In this document: in pieces, positions 16,485-25,629 of the stretch
How positions within the stretch are numbered: position 1 is the stretch's first letter
Layout: each line of letters starts with the position of its first letter
Assembly (NCBI GenBank): GCA_027319565.1
Contig: DAHVNA010000024.1
Coordinates: 1 to 32,034, forward strand
Direction of reading: 5' to 3'
Origin: Elusimicrobiota bacterium
GTDB lineage: Bacteria; Elusimicrobiota; Elusimicrobia; UBA1565; UBA9628
Length of the DNA stretch: 32,034 bases
The notes under the pieces: model-generated
Database searches by the model: none
Seen by the model: the letters and a program-made list of their open reading frames with translations, nothing else
Told to the model about the DNA's origin: nothing
Position numbers and translations under genes: made by a program

Positions 16485-17792
16485 CTATTTGTTTTTCCCG
16501 CGCAGATCTTTAAGGCGCTCGGAAATGCGTTTTTCATCTCCCTGATCGCTCGGATGATAGAAGCGCACCGGCTGGGGCAAATATTCTTGAAAGACGTAGT
16601 GGCCGGGATAATCATGCGGGTATTTATATCCCACCCCATGGCCGCGGGTCTTGGAATCCAAATTAGAATCCCTGAGAAAATCGGGAACCTCGCGATGCGG
16701 GCCTTTTTCCACTTCTTCTAGTGCGGCTTCCATCGCCAAGTAAGAGGCGTTTGATTTCGGGGCGGAAGCGATATAGGTCGCCGCTTGAGAAAGAATAATC
16801 CGGGCTTCCGGCATTCCCACTTTTTCAACCGCCTCAAACGCCGCGTTGGCAATGAGTAGCGCGCGAAAATCCGCGTTTCCCACATCTTCCGAGGCGCAAA
16901 TCAAAAGCCGCCGGGCGATAAAACGCGGGTCTTCCCCGGCTTTAAGCATTTTGGCCATCCAATAAAGAGCGGCATCCGGGTCCGAGCCCCGAAGAGACTT
17001 AATAAAAGCGGAAATATGATCGTAATGATCATCTGATTTTTTATCGTAGCGCAAAACGCGCTTTTGAAAACTCGCTTCGATTTCATTAAGCCCAATGACG
17101 CGCTCGCCCAAAGGCCCCGCCGTAGACGAAAGGGCCGCTCTTTCAAAAGCGTTAATGAGCTTGCGGGCGTCTCCCGAAGAAGCTTTAATCAAGCGTTTTT
17201 GAGACTCTTCATCCATCGAAATTTTCAGCGCTTTTGTTTCCGGATGTTCCAATGCGGCTTTGAGAATTTTTTTTAAGTCGTCTTCGGACAACGGCTTAAA
17301 TTCAAAAACCGCCAAGCGCGACAGAAGAGCGGAATTGATATAAAAAGCGGGGTTTTCAGTCGTCAGCCCTATTAACACGACGTCTCCTTTCTCGGTTGCG
17401 GGCAAAAGGACGTCTTGCTGTGTCCGGTTGAAATGATGAATCTCATCAATGATCAGAAGAACTCTCTTATTCTGAAAAGACCTCATTTCCTTGCCCAAGT
17501 CCAGGGCTTTTTTTAAATCGGCGACGCCGGAGGAAACCGCATTGAGGAAAATAGTCTCCATGTCCAATTGTCGGGCAATGAGGCGGGCCAAGGCCGTTTT
17601 TCCGCAGCCCGGAGGGCCAAAGAAGACAGAAGAAGAAAATTTTTGGTTCGAGATAATTTGAGAAAGAATCTTGGCGGGGCCCAAAAGGTGCCGCTGTCCG
17701 AAAAATTCTTCCAAGGTTTTGGGCGCCAAACGCCAGGCCAAGGGAGAGTCTAAATTCAAATCTTGGCGTCCAAACAGCGTGTCAGTCTCCAT
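16485..17792 (-). CDS. rarA: Replication-associated recombination protein A (RarA/MgsA)
   Basis: GPPGCGKT, IDEIHHFN, TTENP, SAFIKSLRGSDPDAA, ASEDVG, YKYPHD. Confidence 0.96.
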   Translation of the reverse strand: METDTLFGRQDLNLDSPLAWRLAPKTLEEFFGQRHLLGPAKILSQIISNQKFSSSVFFGPPGCGKTALARLIARQLDMETIFLNAVSSGVADLKKALDLGKEMRSFQNKRVLLIIDEIHHFNRTQQDVLLPATEKGDVVLIGLTTENPAFYINSALLSRLAVFEFKPLSEDDLKKILKAALEHPETKALKISMDEESQKRLIKASSGDARKLINAFERAALSSTAGPLGERVIGLNEIEASFQKRVLRYDKKSDDHYDHISAFIKSLRGSDPDAALYWMAKMLKAGEDPRFIARRLLICASEDVGNADFRALLIANAAFEAVEKVGMPEARIILSQAATYIASAPKSNASYLAMEAALEEVEKGPHREVPDFLRDSNLDSKTRGHGVGYKYPHDYPGHYVFQEYLPQPVRFYHPSDQGDEKRISERLKDLRGKNK

Positions 17793-18084
17793 TGTCTAAA
17801 GCCAAGGCTCCCTGAAGAGACAGATGCATATGGTCGACTTTATTTTCGAGCGCTCTCGCTTCCGCGTTGACGGCCTCTTCTTTTTTGAAATTCTCTATCG
17901 CGAAAGACAGGGCCGCCAATATGGCGATTTTGGAGCTATCGGCGATATTGGGATTTTCCTTAAAAATCTGCTCCATCTTGGATTCGACCATACGGGCCAA
18001 AGCGTTGATTTCAATGGGCGTCAATCCTTCGATTCCGATCGTCAATTTTCGGCGAAAAATTTCAATGTCGATTTTTTCATTCAT
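17782..18084 (-). CDS. zapA: Cell division protein ZapA
   Basis: 100 aa with the IEIF..LARMVESKM..KIAILAALSFA pattern; conserved position downstream of pheT. Confidence 0.85.
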   Translation of the reverse strand: MNEKIDIEIFRRKLTIGIEGLTPIEINALARMVESKMEQIFKENPNIADSSKIAILAALSFAIENFKKEEAVNAEARALENKVDHMHLSLQGALALDNGD

Positions 18085-18097
18085 CGCGCAGCCTCGC

Positions 18098-18331
18098 CTA
18101 TTTTATTTTGTCTAATTTGTGGATTATTTTTTCAAGCCGCTCCCGCAAGCGTCTTTGAAGCGCGGGATACCGCGACAAGCGTTGAATCTGGGTCTTAAGC
18201 CGCTCATTGTCTTCCCCCAAACCCTTATTGGCCTTGCTCAATTTTTCATTGGCCGCGCGCAAATCCTTGATGGTGCGGCTGGCCTCCAAAACCAAGGCCT
18301 CAAGCCTCTTGATTTTTTCCGGGATCAGCAC
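18098..18331 (-). CDS. Small coiled-coil protein (ZapB-like)
   Basis: 77 aa of heptad-rich sequence between pheT and zapA. Confidence 0.65.
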   Translation of the reverse strand: MLIPEKIKRLEALVLEASRTIKDLRAANEKLSKANKGLGEDNERLKTQIQRLSRYPALQRRLRERLEKIIHKLDKIK

Positions 18332-18332
18332 G

Positions 18333-20729
18333 CTAAGACCTGAGGACGGCCCCGATCTTTTTTAAACTCTCAAGAATTTTAGCGAGAAAGCTTTCCACTT
18401 CCTTATCCGTCATCGTTCGATCGTCAAGGCCGAAAGTCATCCGCAAGGTCAGGCTCTTAAAGCCTTTTTCGATGTTGTCGCCGGAAAAAATATCGACAAG
18501 TTCGACTCTCTTGAGTCCCGCGACTCCAGACTCTTCAATCGTCCGCGAAACAAAGGAATAGGAAATCTCTTCGGGAAGGACTATTGAAATATCCCGCCAG
18601 GCCGATGGAAATTCGCTCAAAGGCTTAAAAGGAGCCGGGAGCAGAGTTCTTTTCAAAAGAGAAAGATTCAATTCAAAAATAAAAATTCCCTCGCGGTGCT
18701 GGGAAGAGATATCCAAGTCGGCAGCCAATTGCGGATGCACAATCCCACACAGACCGACAATCTCTCCTTGAGACCTAAACTCAACCGTCTTTTTGGGGTG
18801 AAACAAAGCCCGGATTTGAGGCAAACCCGAATCCAAGGGAGAATAATCCAGGTCAAAACCCGAAAAAGAGTCCATGACCGCTCCCAAAACCCCGTAAAAA
18901 TCATTTTCCGCCGCCCGCGACTGTTTCCAATAGATTTCCGGAAATTTCCCGACGGCTATGCCGGAGAGAAGCTGGTTTTCTTTTCCGTCATAAAAACCGG
19001 TTCCCTTTTCAAACAGACGAAAGGAAAAATTTCCATGATTGAAATTATATTGGGCATTACGCAAAAGCCCGGTTAAAAGCGTGGGGCGAAGAATCGTCAT
19101 ATCTTCTGAAAGAGGATTTTTGAGCCTTATGCCTTTCGTCGTTTCGGCGCCGGAGAGCTCAAAATCGGTCAAGGATATAAAGTCGTAATTATAAGCCTCA
19201 AAAAACCCGGTTTCTTTGAGACGCCGGCTTAAGAAATCAACCAAGGCGGCGCCGTGGGTTTTGCGGGACGGGGAAAAAGAGATCTTCGGGTAATGAACGG
19301 GAATGTTTTGATAGCCCAAAACCCGGGCCACCTCTTCGGCCAGATCGAAGCGAGATTCAATATCCAAACGATAAGAAGGCGCGGTCAGCGAAAAAAAGCC
19401 TTCTGGACCTTCCTTGGGTTCAAGGCGCCCGCTGTCGCGGGTAAGCCCCAAAAACACATTTTCAATATCGGCGGGCTTAAAATCAGAACCCAGCATCTGA
19501 TTCATTTGAGCCGCAGAAACGACAATCGCGGGATTTCTCTTAATGTTTTTTTGAGAGACCGAAGCCGAAGCTTTTCCTCCGGCCAAGGATAAAATCAGCT
19601 CAGCCGCCTTTAACGAGGCTATTTCCGGAAGTTCCGGGTCTGTCCCCCGCTCGAAGCGATAAGAGGATTCCGATTTAAGCCTCAAAGCCTGGGTTGTCTT
19701 TCTAATCAGAGCCGCGTTAAAAGAGGCGCTTTCCAAAAAGACGCGCTTGGTTTTAGATAAAACCGCAGAAGCAAGCCCCCCCATCACCCCCGCGATGGCC
19801 TGGGGAGATTTTTGGTCGGCAATCACCAAAATATCGGAATTGAGATCGTATTTTTTATCGTCTAAGGTCACCAAGGACTCGCCCGCGCGCGCCCGGCGGA
19901 TGAAAATTTCCTTTCCCTCTAAAGCGTCGGCATCGAACACATGCAAAGGCTGCCCTAGGTCCATCAAAATATAGTTGGTGACATCAACCACATTGTTGAT
20001 GGATTTAATCCCAACCGAACCCAAGCGTTCCACCAGCCAAGACGGACTGGGAGAGACCGTCAGATTTTCAAAAACCCGCCCCACATAGACCGGGCAATCC
20101 TCTTTTGAGGCAATCGAGATTTTCCAATCCGGCAGACCCGTAAAGCTTAAATCCGGAGTCTTAAAAGGCTTTAAGGGAATCTGGAGAGACCAAGAAAGCT
20201 CCCGCGCCAAGCCCCGATGGGACAGGCAGTCGGGGCGATTTGGGAGAACCGCGACATCCAAAATCTCGGTCTTTTCCCCTAAGGCCAAAGACATGTCTTT
20301 TCCCAAACCTAATTCCGGGTCCAAAACCAAAATTCCACCGTTTTCAGAACCTAAGCCCAATTCCTTGCCGGAACAAATCATTCCCGAGGATTCGACCCCG
20401 CGAATTTTGGATCTGGAAATTTTCATCCCGCCGGGCAAATCGGCCCCGACTTTAGCCAAAGGCACTTTTTGTCCGACCGCGATATTTTTAGCTCCGCAGA
20501 CAATCGTGAAACTCTCGCTTCCGTCGGTGACCTGACAAACGCTCAGGCGATCGGCGTTAGGATGTTTTTCGATCTGAAGAATTTGGGCGGAAACAACCCC
20601 CTTAAACTGCGGGCCTTTTCTTTCGATGGATTCCACCTCAAAACCCAAATTCCCCAATTTCCCCGCCAACTCTTCGGCGGAAAAATAAAATTCCAGATGT
20701 TCTTTAAGCCAGGAAAGAGAAATTTTCAT
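18333..20729 (-). CDS. pheT: Phenylalanine-tRNA ligase beta subunit
   Basis: MKISLSWL, HPNADRL, IVCGAKN, PNRPDCLS, SYRFERG; C-terminal FDX-ACB domain. Confidence 0.98.
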   Translation of the reverse strand: MKISLSWLKEHLEFYFSAEELAGKLGNLGFEVESIERKGPQFKGVVSAQILQIEKHPNADRLSVCQVTDGSESFTIVCGAKNIAVGQKVPLAKVGADLPGGMKISRSKIRGVESSGMICSGKELGLGSENGGILVLDPELGLGKDMSLALGEKTEILDVAVLPNRPDCLSHRGLARELSWSLQIPLKPFKTPDLSFTGLPDWKISIASKEDCPVYVGRVFENLTVSPSPSWLVERLGSVGIKSINNVVDVTNYILMDLGQPLHVFDADALEGKEIFIRRARAGESLVTLDDKKYDLNSDILVIADQKSPQAIAGVMGGLASAVLSKTKRVFLESASFNAALIRKTTQALRLKSESSYRFERGTDPELPEIASLKAAELILSLAGGKASASVSQKNIKRNPAIVVSAAQMNQMLGSDFKPADIENVFLGLTRDSGRLEPKEGPEGFFSLTAPSYRLDIESRFDLAEEVARVLGYQNIPVHYPKISFSPSRKTHGAALVDFLSRRLKETGFFEAYNYDFISLTDFELSGAETTKGIRLKNPLSEDMTILRPTLLTGLLRNAQYNFNHGNFSFRLFEKGTGFYDGKENQLLSGIAVGKFPEIYWKQSRAAENDFYGVLGAVMDSFSGFDLDYSPLDSGLPQIRALFHPKKTVEFRSQGEIVGLCGIVHPQLAADLDISSQHREGIFIFELNLSLLKRTLLPAPFKPLSEFPSAWRDISIVLPEEISYSFVSRTIEESGVAGLKRVELVDIFSGDNIEKGFKSLTLRMTFGLDDRTMTDKEVESFLAKILESLKKIGAVLRS

Positions 20730-21815
20730 TTAAGCGAAAAGGGGCAACTCCGCGTCCTTAAATTGGGAAAGAAAACGAACGTCGTTTTGATAAAAATCGC
20801 GAATATCTTTAATCTGCCATTTAAGCATCGCGATTCGTTCGACTCCGATTCCAAAAGCGAAGCCCGACCAAATCTCGGGATCATAGCCAACGGCTTTAAA
20901 AACATTCGGGTGAACCATGCCGGCCCCTAGAATTTCGATAAAACCGGTTTTTTTACAAATCCCGCAGGGATGCCGGTCTTTTCCCACCCCGGTCCCGGAA
21001 CAAAATAGACAGGACAAATCGACTTCCGCGGAAGGCTCCGTAAACGGAAAATAAGAAGGCCGAAAGCGCACCTTGATTTCAGGCCCGAACAGGGCTTTCA
21101 AAAATTCTTCCAAAGTTCCTTTTAAATCGGCGAAAGAGACATTTTTGTCCACATACAACCCCTCCACCTGATGGAACACCGCGGAATGAGTGGCGTCAAT
21201 GGCCTCATGCCTAAAGACCCGGCCTGGAGAAATAATTCTGAACGGCGGCTTTTTCTGCCGCATTGCGCGGATCTGAACGGGAGAAGTATGCGTCCGCATC
21301 ACCTTTGAGCCTTCGACATAAAAGGTATCTAGCATATCGCGCGCGGAATGATGCTCTGGAATATTGAGAGCCGTGAAATTATGTTCGTCATCTTCGATCA
21401 AAGGTCCCTCGGCCCAAGAAAACCCCATTAAGCCCAAAATATGGGCCATCTGATTTTGCATCTGGGTTAAGGGATGAAAGCGTCCGCGCAAAGGCGAAAG
21501 AGGCGGAAGAGTTAAGTCTAAGCTCTGGGAGTTGATATCTTTTTCAAAACGCAGTTTTTCGATTTCTTCTATCCGGGCCGCGATTTGAGATTCCAGCTGG
21601 GATTTAATTTTCTGGGCTTTGGGGGCCAAGAGCTTGCGCTCTTCAATGGAGAGATCTTTAATCGACCTGAGGAGTTCGGTCAACGAGCCTTTGCGGCCCA
21701 GAAAGCGTATTCGAAGCCGTTCTAAATCTTCCGCGCTTAAAATGGCGGAAAAATTTTCGGCGGATATTTCACGGGCGACTTTTTCAAGCTCTTTTTCCCA
21801 GTCCGAGGAATTCAT
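20730..21815 (-). CDS. pheS: Phenylalanine-tRNA ligase alpha subunit
   Basis: RTHTSPVQ, FHQVEG, RPSYFPFTEPS, GFAFGIGVER. Confidence 0.98.
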   Translation of the reverse strand: MNSSDWEKELEKVAREISAENFSAILSAEDLERLRIRFLGRKGSLTELLRSIKDLSIEERKLLAPKAQKIKSQLESQIAARIEEIEKLRFEKDINSQSLDLTLPPLSPLRGRFHPLTQMQNQMAHILGLMGFSWAEGPLIEDDEHNFTALNIPEHHSARDMLDTFYVEGSKVMRTHTSPVQIRAMRQKKPPFRIISPGRVFRHEAIDATHSAVFHQVEGLYVDKNVSFADLKGTLEEFLKALFGPEIKVRFRPSYFPFTEPSAEVDLSCLFCSGTGVGKDRHPCGICKKTGFIEILGAGMVHPNVFKAVGYDPEIWSGFAFGIGVERIAMLKWQIKDIRDFYQNDVRFLSQFKDAELPLFA

Positions 21816-21849
21816 CAGTATCCCGCCCGGAGAAAAGAAAGCCGCCGCT

Positions 21850-22230
21850 TTAGACGGCCGCTTTAGACGAAGATTTCAAGCCCGCGCCGGAGCCCGCAAG
21901 GCCGACCAAGTGCTTAAAAGAAGGAGCGTCTGTCACCGCGATTTCCGAAAGCATCTTTCGATTAAGCGCAATCCCGGCCTTTTTAAGTCCGGCGATAAAG
22001 CGGGAATAAGTCGTTCCATGCTCGCGGCAGGCGGCGTTGATTCGCTGAGTCCAGAGAGTGCGGAAATCTCCCTTGCGATCCTTGCGGCCGGAATAGGCGG
22101 CGGTGAGAGATTTCTCCACCTGCTGCTTGACCATGCGCCATTTACGGCTCTTGTCCGAATAAAAGCCCTTGGCGAGCTTAAAATATTTTCTTTTGTGTCT
22201 TCTCGTTGTAACGCCGGATTTAATTCTCAT
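21850..22230 (-). CDS. rplT: 50S ribosomal protein L20
   Basis: LAKGF..RKGDFRTLWTQRINAA..LNRKMLSEIA. Confidence 0.98.
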   Translation of the reverse strand: MRIKSGVTTRRHKRKYFKLAKGFYSDKSRKWRMVKQQVEKSLTAAYSGRKDRKGDFRTLWTQRINAACREHGTTYSRFIAGLKKAGIALNRKMLSEIAVTDAPSFKHLVGLAGSGAGLKSSSKAAV

Positions 22231-22236
22231 AACTCC

Positions 22237-22434
22237 TCACCGATAAGGCAGATATTGCGAAATAACTTTTCCATCCACGCTGTTAAGCGTATTTTTTCCG
22301 CTCAAAAAACGACTGCGGCCGGAAGACATCGGGGCCAACAGATGACGCTTGCCCGCGCGTTTATGGCGCCAAAGGCCCGTGCCTGTCTTTGAAAACCGTT
22401 TCTTCGCTCCGCTGTGGGATTTTATCTTGGGCAT
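22237..22434 (-). CDS. rpmI: 50S ribosomal protein L35
   Basis: MPKIKSHSGAKKRFSKTGTG..HLL..LPY. Confidence 0.98.
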   Translation of the reverse strand: MPKIKSHSGAKKRFSKTGTGLWRHKRAGKRHLLAPMSSGRSRFLSGKNTLNSVDGKVISQYLPYR

Positions 22435-22443
22435 ATCATTCTC

Positions 22444-22947
22444 CTAATGTTTCGGGATCAGAGTCATGAAAAGACGATTCCGATCGTTTTGAGGCGCCTG
22501 CTCTATGGAGCCGGAGGGCTCTAGCCTCGCGCGAATATCGTCCAACAATTTCATTCCCAAATCTTTATGCTGCATTTCCCGCCCCCGAAAGACGACCATC
22601 ACTCTCACCTTGTCGCGGGCGGCCAAAAATTCGCTAATCTGCTTAATTTTGACTTCCAGGTCATGCACTCCAATATGCGGCTTGAAACGCACTTCCTTAA
22701 GCATTCCCGCTTTTTGATTTTTGCGGGCTTCTCTTTCTTTTTTCTCCTGCTCGTACTTATACTTTGAAAAATCTAAAATCTTACAGACCGGCGGGTTGGC
22801 ATTCGGAGCGATCTCAATGAGATCCAAACCTCTCTGCCTGGCCATCGCCAGGGCCTCGGGCAAGGGCCGAACCCCCACTTGAGTCCCATCGGAATCAATC
22901 ACCCGAACTTCTCTGGCCGAAATGCGGTTATTGATTCGGACCTGCAC
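22444..22947 (-). CDS. infC: Translation initiation factor IF-3
   Basis: RINNRI..EVRVID, PPVCKILDFSKYKYE, FRGRE. The real start may be an in-frame ATA at 22971. Confidence 0.98.
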   Translation of the reverse strand: MQVRINNRISAREVRVIDSDGTQVGVRPLPEALAMARQRGLDLIEIAPNANPPVCKILDFSKYKYEQEKKEREARKNQKAGMLKEVRFKPHIGVHDLEVKIKQISEFLAARDKVRVMVVFRGREMQHKDLGMKLLDDIRARLEPSGSIEQAPQNDRNRLFMTLIPKH

Positions 22948-23011
22948 GCTGTTTTTAGTAAACTTGTTTATATTCCCTCGGGAAAACTGCTACTATTAAA
23001 AATACCCAGCA

Positions 23012-24151
23012 ATGAATGATACCAAGTTAACTTCCTCTGCGTCAAGCAAACCCGCGGCCAAACCCGTTGTTTTTTCCGGAATGAGGCCGACGGGAAGACT
23101 GCATTTGGGCAATTATTTCGGGGCGCTGAGAAATTGGATAGAGCTTCAAGAAAAATATACCTGTTACTTTTGCATCGTCGATTGGCATATGCTGACGACC
23201 GGATACGCGGACACCTCTTCATTAAAGGACAATGTCCATCAGATGGTTTTAGATTGGCTCGCCGCGGGACTGGATCCGAAAAAATGCGTCATCTTTAAAC
23301 AATCCGACGTCATCGAACACGCGGAATTGGCTCTTCTTTTGAGCATGACCACTCCTTTATCCTGGCTTGAAAATAATCCGACCTGGAAAGAACAGCTTCA
23401 GGAACTCGCCAAAACCAAACATTCCGTTCAAGTTTTGGGAAGCGCCCTTGCGCGCCGAGGCGAAAGCGATATTGCCATCTCCGAACGGCTGGAGTCATCC
23501 AAATACGAACTGCGGACCTCCGGATTTCTTCTCTATCCCGTTCTCCAATCAGCCGATATTCTCCTCTATAATGCCACCAAGGTTCCGGTGGGGCAAGACC
23601 AATTGCCGCATGTGGAACTCTCCCGCGAGATATGCCGGAGATTTAACAGCTTTTTCCCCGGCACCTTCGCGGAACCCGAAACTCTTTTGACCGCCACTCC
23701 TAAAATCTCCGGAACGGATGGGCGAAAAATGTCCAAATCTTACGGGAACACGATTCAACTGCTGGAAAGCGAGGATTCTCTCAAAGAAAAGACGCGCTCT
23801 CTTTATACCGATCCCACGAAAATCAAGGCCACGGACCCGGGTCATCCCGAGCCCTGCGCGGAAAACCCGCCGGGATGCTCGGCTTTTTCCCTGCACAAAC
23901 TCTACGCTTCCGAAGATTTCGTCAAACAGCGCAAAAGCGATTGCCTTGCCGGAAAAATCGGCTGCGTTGCCTGCAAAAAAGATCTGCTATTAGAAATGAG
24001 CGAACCCTTCTCGCAATTTAGAGAAAAGAGAAATCAGCTGTCTAAAAATCCGGAGGCCGTTTCGGCCCTGTTGGAATCGGGGGCGAAAAAAGCCAAGACC
24101 GTGGCCACAGAGACGATGACCCGTGTTCGCAGGGCGATGAATCTCGTATAA
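23012..24151 (+). CDS. trpS: Tryptophan-tRNA ligase
   Basis: SGMRPTGRLHLGNY, YPVLQSADIL, VPVGQDQ, KMSKS. Confidence 0.98.
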   Translation: MNDTKLTSSASSKPAAKPVVFSGMRPTGRLHLGNYFGALRNWIELQEKYTCYFCIVDWHMLTTGYADTSSLKDNVHQMVLDWLAAGLDPKKCVIFKQSDVIEHAELALLLSMTTPLSWLENNPTWKEQLQELAKTKHSVQVLGSALARRGESDIAISERLESSKYELRTSGFLLYPVLQSADILLYNATKVPVGQDQLPHVELSREICRRFNSFFPGTFAEPETLLTATPKISGTDGRKMSKSYGNTIQLLESEDSLKEKTRSLYTDPTKIKATDPGHPEPCAENPPGCSAFSLHKLYASEDFVKQRKSDCLAGKIGCVACKKDLLLEMSEPFSQFREKRNQLSKNPEAVSALLESGAKKAKTVATETMTRVRRAMNLV

Positions 24152-24158
24152 TAGGCAA

Positions 24159-24932
24159 ATGCCTATTCCAACCCTAGACATCCATCTCGAAGTTTTTGAA
24201 GGACCGCTCGACCTTCTTCTTTTTCTCATTAAAAAAGACGATCTTGATATCCACAACATCCCCCTTGCGCATATCACGCATGAGTATCTCGAATACCTGC
24301 AGTTGATGAAAGACCTCAATTTGGATCTGGCGGGCGAGTTTTTGGTCATGGCCTCGACCTTGATGCTTCTCAAAGCCAAATCACTTCTTCCCAAAAGCCC
24401 GGAACGGATGGAAGAAGAGTTAAACCCGGAATCGGATCTGACGGCTAAACTCCTTGAGTACCAAAAGTTTAAAGCCGCCTCCGAATACCTAGAAGACCGG
24501 GGAGAGGAATTTAAAAACGTTTTTTACCGAGGAACCCCTCATTTTGAAGACTCGGAAAAAACCCTTTCCGTCGGGGTATTCGATTTATTGTCGGCGCTCA
24601 AGGAAATCTACGAGCGCGGGGAAAAAGACTCGCGGGAGATTATCGGAGAAGAATTTCCGATCGAGGAGAAAATCGAAAAAATATCGAAAATGCTCGAAAA
24701 TCGCCCAAGCTTATCCTGGGAAGATATTTTTACCGGCGAAAAAAAACGCATCGGCATTCTCAGCTGTTTTCTAGCCCTTTTAGAACTAGTCCGCCTCCAA
24801 AAAGTTTTCATCAGGCAAGATTTAAATTTCGGCAAGATTTTGATATTTAAAAAGGAGGTCCCCCATGGAAATGGAGACATCGCAGCCGCCTATTCAAGCT
24901 CAAATGGAAACGAGCCAAACCCCGGAACTTGA
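24159..24932 (+). CDS. scpA: Segregation and condensation protein A
   Basis: FEGPLDLLLFLI, AGEFLVMASTL, FLALLEL. Confidence 0.96.
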   Translation: MPIPTLDIHLEVFEGPLDLLLFLIKKDDLDIHNIPLAHITHEYLEYLQLMKDLNLDLAGEFLVMASTLMLLKAKSLLPKSPERMEEELNPESDLTAKLLEYQKFKAASEYLEDRGEEFKNVFYRGTPHFEDSEKTLSVGVFDLLSALKEIYERGEKDSREIIGEEFPIEEKIEKISKMLENRPSLSWEDIFTGEKKRIGILSCFLALLELVRLQKVFIRQDLNFGKILIFKKEVPHGNGDIAAAYSSSNGNEPNPGT

Positions 24933-25629
24933 AGAAGAAAAAACTCCCGCGGGAAAAACCGCGCTACCTCTCATCGGAATTATCGAGACCCTTCTTTTTA
25001 TCACCGACCGACCGCTTTCTTTAAAACGGATCGGAGAACTGGCCAAAGAGAAAAACCTCTCCGTCATTGAAAGCGCCGTCAATGAGCTAAAGGAAAATCT
25101 TCAAAGCAGAAATTCCGCGCTTAGGATATTTGAAATCGCTGGCGGATTTCAAATGGCGACAAAACCGGAATACGCCTCTGTCATCCGCAAACTGTTTGCC
25201 GACAAGATGACGCTTAAACTCTCAAAAGCGGCCCATGAAACTCTTTCCATCATCGCCTATCGCCAACCTTTAACCCGAGCGGAAATCGAAACCATCCGCG
25301 GGGTCGATGTCATCGCCGCCCTTGAAACTCTCCTTGAGAAAAAGCTCATCCGCGTCGCGGGGAGAAAAGAAACTATTGGACGCCCGTTGATGTATGAAAC
25401 GACCCCGGAGTTTCTAAAGCATTTCGGCCTCAAAAGCTTAGACGAGCTTCCGCCCATCGATCAGTTTGAGATTTCTGATCCCAAAGAAACGCCCGCTTCC
25501 CCGGAAGAAATGGCCAATCCAGATAAGCCGCTTCCGCCGCAGCCGCCCACAATGGCGGTGGAAACTTCTCTTGAGCCGCAAGAAAGTCCAGAGGTTTCCC
25601 TTGAGCCTTCCGACCTAGTTCAACCATGA
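24865..25629 (+). CDS. scpB: Segregation and condensation protein B
   Basis: IETLLF, LSKAAHETLSIIAYRQPLTRAEIE.IRGV, GRPLMY.TT.EFL..FGL. The start may be downstream of 24865. Confidence 0.96.
   Translation: MEMETSQPPIQAQMETSQTPELEEEKTPAGKTALPLIGIIETLLFITDRPLSLKRIGELAKEKNLSVIESAVNELKENLQSRNSALRIFEIAGGFQMATKPEYASVIRKLFADKMTLKLSKAAHETLSIIAYRQPLTRAEIETIRGVDVIAALETLLEKKLIRVAGRKETIGRPLMYETTPEFLKHFGLKSLDELPPIDQFEISDPKETPASPEEMANPDKPLPPQPPTMAVETSLEPQESPEVSLEPSDLVQP

Noticed and set aside
17770..17800. 6S RNA often found downstream of zapA
   Set aside because: zapA overlaps rarA by 11 nt, leaving no room. No tRNA or rRNA was recognised anywhere in the window.
21619..22392. 257-aa plus-strand ORF
   Set aside because: Antisense to pheS, rplT and rpmI; a typical shadow ORF of conserved genes.
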